From: a virus
Direction: 5' to 3' (one strand)
Length of the DNA stretch: 64,000 bases
Virus record (IMG/VR): IMGVR_UViG_3300031774_000001
The notes under the pieces were generated by a model that saw only the letters and a program-made list of their open reading frames with translations, did not search any database and had not been told where the DNA came from. Below are positions 57,353-64,000 of this stretch, one piece after another. A program made the translations under genes and the position numbers. Within the stretch, counting starts at the first letter, position 1. Each line of letters begins with the position of its first letter.

Positions 57353-57877
57353 ATGGCAGAAGAACCAAAACAACATCCATCATTAATGAGTAAGTCTTCT
57401 ATGCAAGCAATGTCAGCTACGGCTGGTTCAGGTGACTTGTTATTTTCAGAAGTCTTAACTAAAGTAAATAACGCAAAAGATAAAGCTAAAAAGATAGAGG
57501 TCTTAAAAAGATACGACCATCCATCTTTAAGAATGCTTTTAAAAGGATCGTTTGATCCTAGCATTGAGTGGGAATTACCAGAAGGTACACCACCTTTTAT
57601 GGAAAATCCAGCACCGAAAGGTACTGAGCATACAATCCTTAAAACTGAAGCAAAACGTTTGTGGCATTTTATTAAAGGCGCAGATACTAAAACTACAAAA
57701 ACTCAAAAAGAAACTTTGTTTATCCAAATGTTAGAAGGATTACATAGTGATGAAGCAAGACTCTTGCTTAATGTAAAAGATAAAACTTTACATAGAGCAT
57801 ATAAAGGGTTAAGTGATTCTGTAGTAAAAGAATCTTTCGGATGGAACGAATTGTATCAAAAATTAGAACAAAAATAG
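57353..57877 (+). CDS. conserved T4-like marine phage protein
   Basis: FD....W.LPEG.PP, E.LFIQMLEGLH.DEA. Confidence 0.75.
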   Translation: MAEEPKQHPSLMSKSSMQAMSATAGSGDLLFSEVLTKVNNAKDKAKKIEVLKRYDHPSLRMLLKGSFDPSIEWELPEGTPPFMENPAPKGTEHTILKTEAKRLWHFIKGADTKTTKTQKETLFIQMLEGLHSDEARLLLNVKDKTLHRAYKGLSDSVVKESFGWNELYQKLEQK

Positions 57878-57880
57878 AAC
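57866..57880. promoter_or_regulatory. GAAC-N7-GAAC direct repeat (alphaproteobacterial LexA-box-like)
   Basis: GAAC AAAAATA GAAC, 41 nt upstream of a -35 box. Confidence 0.6.
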
Positions 57881-57921
57881 ACTTTGTTAAAAAACCCTTA
57901 TAAAACAAGGGTTATTTGTGC

Positions 57922-57950
57922 TTGACTTTCCTTGTGGATTTGTGTATAAT
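57922..57950 (+). promoter_or_regulatory. sigma70-type early promoter
   Basis: TTGACT-17nt-TATAAT. Confidence 0.8.
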
Positions 57951-57990
57951 AAACACATATAAACAATAAATATTAGGAGAGAAATATATT

Positions 57991-58320
57991 ATGAAAAAAG
58001 TGATGTTTATTATATTATTGAATTTAGCCCTATGGTTTGGATTAACAAGTCTATCCAATGTAGCTAATGCAAATGATTATAACAAAGCAGTTATTGGCCA
58101 CGTTATCAAATCAAGTATTGATAAAACCAATGTAGATACAACTGCTTTAATGGAGCAAGAACTACATAGGTTAGTATACGTTATGATAAATGAGTTTAGT
58201 GGCGTATTACAATCACACCTACCAAATATACTAGAAGGTCTTGCTAGTGAAATCAGACAACAAAATGATAAAGAGTTTAAATGTGCTCTTTTAAAAGGTA
58301 GTAACTATGAGTGTAATTGA
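57991..58320 (+). CDS. secreted hypothetical protein
   Basis: Signal peptide ending ANA. Confidence 0.7.
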   Translation: MKKVMFIILLNLALWFGLTSLSNVANANDYNKAVIGHVIKSSIDKTNVDTTALMEQELHRLVYVMINEFSGVLQSHLPNILEGLASEIRQQNDKEFKCALLKGSNYECN

Positions 58321-58501
58321 AAACATAGTTAATACCTTGAACTGGATATATCAATATGTTCCTAAAGAACTATTGATTATAATTTTATCAAGTTTAGTAA
58401 TGTTTATTTTTTTAGAAATAGGAGATAGAAAAAGGAAAAAGCAATGGCTAAAAGAGTTAGAACCAAAACCAGTAAAAGGCAGAAAGTCAAAAAAAGACTA
58501 A
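58307..58501 (+). CDS. small TM protein
   Basis: One TM helix, basic tail. Confidence 0.6.
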   Translation: MSVIENIVNTLNWIYQYVPKELLIIILSSLVMFIFLEIGDRKRKKQWLKELEPKPVKGRKSKKD

Positions 58502-58881
58502 AGATGGAATTGGCCGAAGTGAAAACTCGTAAGTATAAAACTACATTTAAAGATATTAAAAAGTATTTTAAACTTATTAATAAACACGTATTTGATGGTA
58601 AACTATCTCCGTTTAATGATATTAAAATTAAACAAATAAAGGATAGAGAATATCCTAGAGTGTGGGGTCAAGTTGTTATTAATGACCAAGAAAGAAAAGG
58701 AACTAGAAACTACGTATTAGAAATGATACCTAGTTATAAGAATAAAAAAGAATTTGTGGACACATTAGGACACGAAATGATACACCTGTTTCAAATGAGT
58801 AATTTAGGGGATACAGGAAATCATAATGATATGTTTTATAGCTTTAGACCTAAACTGAATGCTATAGGATTAGATATATAA
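58444..58881 (+). CDS. SprT-like zinc metalloprotease
   Basis: IN..VF.G.L, TLGHEMIH, H...F. Confidence 0.8.
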   Translation: MAKRVRTKTSKRQKVKKRLKMELAEVKTRKYKTTFKDIKKYFKLINKHVFDGKLSPFNDIKIKQIKDREYPRVWGQVVINDQERKGTRNYVLEMIPSYKNKKEFVDTLGHEMIHLFQMSNLGDTGNHNDMFYSFRPKLNAIGLDI

Positions 58882-58898
58882 TAAAAAAAGGATATATT

Positions 58899-59180
58899 AT
58901 GGGTGAGGTGAGAAAGACAAAAGAACTAGACCACTATTTAAAGAGAATAATCTTAAAAGTTCCAGACAAAATTCAACAGTTTATAGATAATGCAGACGGT
59001 GAATTCTCTATGACTTATTATACTGGAGATTGGTCAAAAGACATATATGATAACTTTACTGAATTACAAGCAGAAAAGATATTTAAAAGTATGGCTAAAT
59101 TTCAAAACAAAATAAGTTTTGTTCAAAAGAAAAATCAACCATCAATCGGTGGTTATGAGTACAAAGTAGCGAGGTTTTAA
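58899..59180 (+). CDS. hypothetical protein
   Basis: ORF track. Confidence 0.7.
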   Translation: MGEVRKTKELDHYLKRIILKVPDKIQQFIDNADGEFSMTYYTGDWSKDIYDNFTELQAEKIFKSMAKFQNKISFVQKKNQPSIGGYEYKVARF

Positions 59181-59872
59181 TGAAACTGAAACCAAGTACA
59201 TCTAATTTTTTCAAAAAAGCATATTGGTGGTTTAAAGCAACATTATTAGTTGTTGCAATATCAACTATAACATATGGTATAGGAACATTTACACCTAATC
59301 CTATTGCAGTTAAACAAGCAACAGAAGAAGTTAGAATAGAACACGCTGAATGGGCAGAAAAATTAGGATTAAATGAACCTAGTTTTGAATATACAAACTC
59401 AAAAGAATTTATAATAGAACTTAACAAGTGTGTTGATTTTTTAAATTATCATACACCACCAAGTAAAAGAGTACCTATTCAAATGGTGACAGCACAAGCC
59501 GCTTTAGAGAGTGCTTGGGGTAAGAGTAGATTTGCTGTAGAAGCAAATAACTTATTTGGTATTAGAGTATTTAAAAGTACTAAAAAACATTTATTACCAC
59601 AAGGTGTTGATAAGTGGCCAGGTTGGGGTGTTAGAGTATTTGAAACAAAATGTAATAGTGTAAAAGAATACATAAGATTATTAAATGAACACCCAGCATA
59701 TAAAGAATTTAGAGAGTTAAGAGCAAAATTATTACAAGACGGTGAATTACTAGACGCAAAAGCATTAGTAAAAACTTTAGATAAGTTTTCTACTACAGAA
59801 GATTATGACCAAAGAGTTATTAATATAATGGGTAAAGTAGAAAAAGTATTAAACGATATTAAAGAGGAATAA
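59180..59872 (+). CDS. GH73/Bax-like glucosaminidase with N-terminal TM helix
   Basis: AQAALESAWGKSRFA..ANNLFGI, LN.HPAY..FR. Confidence 0.88.
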   Translation: MKLKPSTSNFFKKAYWWFKATLLVVAISTITYGIGTFTPNPIAVKQATEEVRIEHAEWAEKLGLNEPSFEYTNSKEFIIELNKCVDFLNYHTPPSKRVPIQMVTAQAALESAWGKSRFAVEANNLFGIRVFKSTKKHLLPQGVDKWPGWGVRVFETKCNSVKEYIRLLNEHPAYKEFRELRAKLLQDGELLDAKALVKTLDKFSTTEDYDQRVINIMGKVEKVLNDIKEE

Positions 59873-60927
59873 TGAGAAATTTGTTTTTCATTTTAGTAGT
59901 ACTGTTAAGTGCCATATCTATATCAGGTATAGCAGCTGCATATAGTATTATAGGACTAGCAACTCTTTTTGCTGGTGCGAAGATAGCAATTATTGCTATG
60001 GGTACTTCATTAGAAGTTGGTAAGTTAGTTGCCGCCAGTTGGTTATATCATAACTGGAAGAATCCAAATCTACCACAATCAATAAAAGGATATTTAACAA
60101 CGTCTGTTATTGTATTAGTATTTGTAACTAGTATGGGTATCTTTGGTTTTCTATCAAAGGCACACCTAGACCAAGTAAGACCTACGAGTGATAATAATGT
60201 ACAGATACAATTAATAGATAGACAGATTATACAAGAAAACGTTGTTATAGATAGAGCAGAAAATACATTAAACTTATTAGATAAAGCATTAGAGGTATAT
60301 ATAGATAAGGAATATGTTAGTAGAGGACTAAAAGAACGTAAGAAACAAAAAGAAGAAAGAGATTTTTTAAATAATGAAATAAGAGTTGCAATGGATAAGA
60401 TTGCAAAATTGACATTAGATAAAGGTAATATAGAACTAGAACAATTAAAGATAGAAGCAGATGTAGGTCCACTTAAATATGTTGCAGAATTAATATATGG
60501 TGATGAAGCAAAAGAACATTTTGATAAAGCAGTTAGATGGATTATCATTGTATTAATATTTGTATTTGATCCATTAGCAGTATTATTATTGATTGCCGCT
60601 AATATATCATTAAGAGAAAGAAAATTAGCAAATGAAGCGAAAAGTAAGAAAAAAGAAAAAGAAGTCAATTGGCAAAGGGAAGCGACTAGAGCGAAAACTA
60701 TATCGCAAGGTCTCCGAGATAAGCAAAAGTTTTACAAAACATTTTTTGCAAAACTAGGTAAGAGAGATTTAAAGAATAGAGATTATGAAGAGTTTTTTAA
60801 GAGTATGGGTACAGAAGAGTTAATGAAACTAGGTTTGGATCCAGATGAAATACGAATCAAACTAGACCAGATAATGGAATGGAATGAAAAACCAAAAAAC
60901 TATTTAGAGCCAGGAGTTAAGAAATGA
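59872..60927 (+). CDS. multi-TM coiled-coil protein
   Basis: LEVGKLV, TSMGIFGFLSKAH, VGPLKY, FVFDPLA. Confidence 0.75.
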   Translation: MRNLFFILVVLLSAISISGIAAAYSIIGLATLFAGAKIAIIAMGTSLEVGKLVAASWLYHNWKNPNLPQSIKGYLTTSVIVLVFVTSMGIFGFLSKAHLDQVRPTSDNNVQIQLIDRQIIQENVVIDRAENTLNLLDKALEVYIDKEYVSRGLKERKKQKEERDFLNNEIRVAMDKIAKLTLDKGNIELEQLKIEADVGPLKYVAELIYGDEAKEHFDKAVRWIIIVLIFVFDPLAVLLLIAANISLRERKLANEAKSKKKEKEVNWQREATRAKTISQGLRDKQKFYKTFFAKLGKRDLKNRDYEEFFKSMGTEELMKLGLDPDEIRIKLDQIMEWNEKPKNYLEPGVKK

Positions 60928-61319
60928 AAATAATAGACTGGCATAAAGAAAGAATAGAGTGGTTTAAGAAAAAAACTGGTTGTTCTACTTATGGAGTATA
61001 TTGGATATCTTTTATTAAAGGTATTATGATTGGTGCAGTTATTATGTTATTAACAGGTTGTGGTACAGCACCTGCTTGGTTAGCAACTAGTACTGGTTCT
61101 TATTCACAATATAAGGTAACTTCACTTGTTAAAACAGGTACAGACTTGGCATTATCAGCTGCCGATTTACCTACAACTAACGATTGGGCGTTATCAAAGA
61201 TAACAGGTTATGATTGTAAAGTAACTAGAGCTATTAAAGAAGGAGTTGAGTATATTTGTAAGAACGTAGAAATACACGCCCCTACAAATACTACCATTGA
61301 CAAAGATGATAAAAAATGA
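60924..61319 (+). CDS. membrane protein or lipoprotein
   Basis: Hydrophobic stretch ending LLTGC. Confidence 0.6.
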   Translation: MKIIDWHKERIEWFKKKTGCSTYGVYWISFIKGIMIGAVIMLLTGCGTAPAWLATSTGSYSQYKVTSLVKTGTDLALSAADLPTTNDWALSKITGYDCKVTRAIKEGVEYICKNVEIHAPTNTTIDKDDKK

Positions 61320-61324
61320 TATTA
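61296..61324 (+). promoter_or_regulatory. sigma70-type promoter
   Basis: TTGACA-17nt-TATTAT. Confidence 0.55.
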
Positions 61325-61497
61325 TGATACTTATGAATACACACTTATACGCTTGCCCTAGATGTGCTGATGTTTTAATTAAAAAAGCAGAAAAAGCATT
61401 AGATAGGTCACAAACAGAATGGTCAAAGAACTTTTGGCACGGAGTATGGCAGAAGTTAAGGGCTAAATATCAACCAGAAAAGGTAACATATCATTAA
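61297..61497 (+). CDS. hypothetical protein (true start probably further downstream)
   Basis: CPRC; WSKNFW. Confidence 0.55.
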   Translation: MTKMIKNDIMILMNTHLYACPRCADVLIKKAEKALDRSQTEWSKNFWHGVWQKLRAKYQPEKVTYH

Positions 61498-61691
61498 TGA
61501 AACAATTAATAATAGACGCAGTTAAACAACACGCTGAAGGTAATATTGCAAAGTCAAAAGCAAACATACAGGTATTTTTAAATAATCCTGTTGGTGTTGC
61601 AACGCATATGGATTCAGTTGAAACAGTTGTTAAAGAATTAAAAGTCATTGCAGATAATAAAGAAATTATTGAAACTCTAAAGGACATTTAA
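61497..61691 (+). CDS. conserved small phage protein
   Basis: HAEG.I.K..AN..VFL.NPVGV..H. Confidence 0.7.
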   Translation: MKQLIIDAVKQHAEGNIAKSKANIQVFLNNPVGVATHMDSVETVVKELKVIADNKEIIETLKDI

Positions 61692-61696
61692 AATAT

Positions 61697-62269
61697 ATGT
61701 TAAATTATGTTTTAAATGGTGGAATAGTAACTCTTCCAGGTTTTTTCCCAGCAGACAAATATTGGGAAATTAAAAAAGATTTAGATAATTTACAATGGCG
61801 TGAATCACATCAACCATTTAAAAATCATTATGGAAATAGATTACAGGCGTTTCCTTGTTATGAAAGTCCATATGATAAAGAGAACGATTTTACTATAAAC
61901 AAGATAGAAAGTATTTTACAAAATAAAATTACTGATTTCAAGACACTTGCTAGAAAAATTGTATTGAGTGAGATAAAACAATCTCCACAAAACTTTGGTA
62001 AATATGGTTTCATACATAGAGATACTTCTATAGAAGATAAAGAACCTTTAATAGCAGCAGTTATGTATTTTGACCAAGCATATGATGGTGGTACGGCATT
62101 TTTTCATACTCAAATGGAGAAAACACCAGACATATATATAAGTGCTATTCCAAATAGATTGGTTTTATATAGTGGTGCTAACCAACACGCACCTTGTTTA
62201 GATTATACTTTTAAAGAAAGAAAAACAATATCTTACTTTTTTAGATTACAGAAAAAAGATGACAAGTAA
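61697..62269 (+). CDS. 2OG-Fe(II) oxygenase-like protein
   Basis: HRD, GGTAF, NRLVLY...H, R. Confidence 0.75.
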   Translation: MLNYVLNGGIVTLPGFFPADKYWEIKKDLDNLQWRESHQPFKNHYGNRLQAFPCYESPYDKENDFTINKIESILQNKITDFKTLARKIVLSEIKQSPQNFGKYGFIHRDTSIEDKEPLIAAVMYFDQAYDGGTAFFHTQMEKTPDIYISAIPNRLVLYSGANQHAPCLDYTFKERKTISYFFRLQKKDDK

Positions 62270-62426
62270 AAAGAATATGACAACTAATAGAACTCCTAGA
62301 CGAATTGATAGAAGTGCTGGAGGTAGAAGCAAAGGTGTAATTGCTCCTATGTTAAAGAAATACTTTGCACCAAAAAATGAAGATGAATATAACAAATTGA
62401 AAAAGAAATATGAAGTTAAAAATTAA
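62259..62426 (+). CDS. 55-aa basic hypothetical protein
   Basis: Open frame MTSKKNM...; overlaps neighbours. Confidence 0.5.
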   Translation: MTSKKNMTTNRTPRRIDRSAGGRSKGVIAPMLKKYFAPKNEDEYNKLKKKYEVKN

Positions 62427-62553
62427 AAAATCAGAATATCAAGATATAGCTGATTGTATTCTAATGGAACAAGTATCTGCTCCTGAAATAGTGGAGTTAT
62501 TTGAAGACAAAGGTTTTTATAAGTGGTACAAGAAGAGATATCTTAATGCCTAG
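62410..62553 (+). CDS. 47-aa hypothetical protein
   Basis: MKLKIKKSEYQDIADCI... Confidence 0.55.
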   Translation: MKLKIKKSEYQDIADCILMEQVSAPEIVELFEDKGFYKWYKKRYLNA

Positions 62554-62866
62554 ATATACGTTTGAAAATAAGAAGACAGGTAAGAAGTGGACAGATATGA
62601 TGATGATTTCAGAAATGGAAGATTATCTAAAGAAGAATAAACATATTAGACAAGTACCTGTACCCATAAATATAGTTGCTGGCGTCCAAGGGATTTCTTA
62701 TAGAGAAGACGGCGGTTGGAAAGATGTTAAACAAAAAATAGCAGAAGCACACCCAAATAGCTCTTTTGCTAAACATCATAGACGTAGAGGAACAAAAGAA
62801 ATTAAAACGGACCAAGCAAGAGCTAGAGCAAGAATAAAAGCTAGACGACAAGGAGTACCAGATTAA
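62546..62866 (+). CDS. FmdB-like small protein
   Basis: MPRYTFENKKTG...GWKDV...I...HP. Confidence 0.7.
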   Translation: MPRYTFENKKTGKKWTDMMMISEMEDYLKKNKHIRQVPVPINIVAGVQGISYREDGGWKDVKQKIAEAHPNSSFAKHHRRRGTKEIKTDQARARARIKARRQGVPD

Positions 62867-63255
62867 TGAGTAAAGATATACCAGACTTTATGCGTGGGTT
62901 TGATTTAGATAACGATTGGGGTTTCACTCCAGTATCATCTAAACCATCAGACACACCGAGCATTGATCCTAAAGTAGTAGAAGGAACAAACATTGAACTA
63001 TCTAAAGTTAAGTCAGATGTTTCTACTATCAAAAGTATGATGAACGAAATTATGCAAATAGTGAACGATAAAGAAACGATAACAAAAGAAATTAGTGATG
63101 AAGAAACTAAAGCAAGGTTTAAAGATATTGAAAAGATTGTGTTACCGTTCTTATATAATTTACAAAAAAGTGATGAACCTTATATACATTGGCCTAATAG
63201 AGGTCCAATTATTAAGGCGCAAATAGAGAAACTATTAAAACTAACAAGAGGATAA
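62866..63255 (+). CDS. conserved T4-like hypothetical protein
   Basis: DWGFT, LPFLYNL, YIHWPNR. Confidence 0.7.
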   Translation: MSKDIPDFMRGFDLDNDWGFTPVSSKPSDTPSIDPKVVEGTNIELSKVKSDVSTIKSMMNEIMQIVNDKETITKEISDEETKARFKDIEKIVLPFLYNLQKSDEPYIHWPNRGPIIKAQIEKLLKLTRG

Positions 63256-63258
63256 TAA

Positions 63259-63729
63259 ATGAAATTAACCGAAAACTTTTCGTTGAAAGAAATGACTAAA
63301 AGCCAGACCGCTGAACGGAATGGTATTAGTAATAATCCTAGTGAAGACCATCAAGATAATTTAAAGAAATTATGTGAGAACATACTACAACCAATTAGAA
63401 CTCATTACGGTAAGGTAGTATCAGTATCAAGTGGTTACCGTTCACCAGAATTATGTGTTAAGATAGGTTCAAGCTTAAAATCACAGCACGCCAAAGGCCA
63501 AGCCGCTGATTTTGAAATATTTGGGTTACCAAATGCTGAACTAGCAAAATACATCATTGACAATTTAGATTTTGACCAATTGATATTAGAGTACCACAAT
63601 GTGGATGAACCTAATAGCGGTTGGATCCATTGCTCATATAAGAATTCAGAAGATAATAGAAAGCAGATATTAAGAGCTTATAGAAATTCTGATGGAAAGA
63701 CGATATATGAGCCATATGACCCTAGCTGA
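63259..63729 (+). CDS. peptidase M15A (D-Ala-D-Ala carboxypeptidase-like), probable endolysin
   Basis: NFSLKE, SSGYRS, SQHAKGQAAD, WIHCS. Confidence 0.9.
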   Translation: MKLTENFSLKEMTKSQTAERNGISNNPSEDHQDNLKKLCENILQPIRTHYGKVVSVSSGYRSPELCVKIGSSLKSQHAKGQAADFEIFGLPNAELAKYIIDNLDFDQLILEYHNVDEPNSGWIHCSYKNSEDNRKQILRAYRNSDGKTIYEPYDPS

Positions 63730-63813
63730 GAGGTAAATACTCTTAATAATGAGCAAATAAAGGAACGTAAGAAACTTACCGACCATTATATGCTACACAG
63801 GTCTATTTAAGCA

Positions 63814-63842
63814 TTGACAAAGTGCTAATATAATGTTATTAT
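63814..63842 (+). promoter_or_regulatory. sigma70-type promoter
   Basis: TTGACA-17nt-TATTAT. Confidence 0.6.
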
Positions 63843-63848
63843 AAGATT

Positions 63849-64000
63849 ATGAATATACAAAAGCAGATTACAGTATTAAAAGATACAATCAAGTGGTTTA
63901 GAACTCAAATTGAACCACACGATTGTGGATGGATGTACACAACAATAGACGGTATCAAACACCGAATAAGTGATTTGAGAAAGAAATTGAGGAAACAAAA
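63849..64000 (+). CDS. hypothetical protein (3'-truncated)
   Basis: MNIQKQITVLKDTIKWFR...HDCGWMYTTI. Confidence 0.55.
   Translation, partial: MNIQKQITVLKDTIKWFRTQIEPHDCGWMYTTIDGIKHRISDLRKKLRKQ

Noticed and set aside
1140-63032. Numerous minus-strand and alternate-frame ORFs in the track (e.g. 1140-1499, 10530-10895, 22115-22492, 24608-25006, 32487-32852, 60048-60668)
   Set aside because: They are shadows of well-supported genes, lack RBS or motifs, and have antisense-type composition
1-64000. Alternative genetic code or stop-codon recoding
   Set aside because: Core genes are full length under the standard code, and TAA, TAG and TGA all act as stops

Overview
A 64 kb, AT-rich, gene-dense segment of a T4-like myophage genome. 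The gene set resembles marine pelagimyophages, so a SAR11/alphaproteobacterial host is inferred but not proven. Almost every gene is on the + strand. Left to right: (1) replication genes (gp43, two DNA methyltransferases, uvsX, gp40-like, gp41) and tRNA-Thr; (2) a late-promoter (TATAAATA) block of probable head-internal proteins with T4-type capsid-targeting N-termini, including a 910-aa kinase / Pol-beta-like nucleotidyltransferase / HxGH nucleotidyltransferase fusion; (3) a holin/spanin-like cassette and an intact NAD-dependent formate dehydrogenase; (4) a CHASE2 adenylate cyclase, the only convincing minus-strand gene, divergent from a csgF-csgG-curlin-like-FecR operon; (5) primase, nrdA, nrdB and a RuvC-like resolvase; (6) a glycan and nucleotide-metabolism island (ColD-like, gmd, glycosyltransferases, deoD, guaC, SET, 2OG-Fe oxygenases); (7) a sigma70-driven early region of small ORFs and lipoproteins. 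Two of its promoters carry GAAC-N7-GAAC (alphaproteobacterial LexA-box-like) repeats. By eye, CATG is avoided across the window, and GATC and GATGC are avoided except in a GGAT context. All family calls come from motif recognition; no database search was run.
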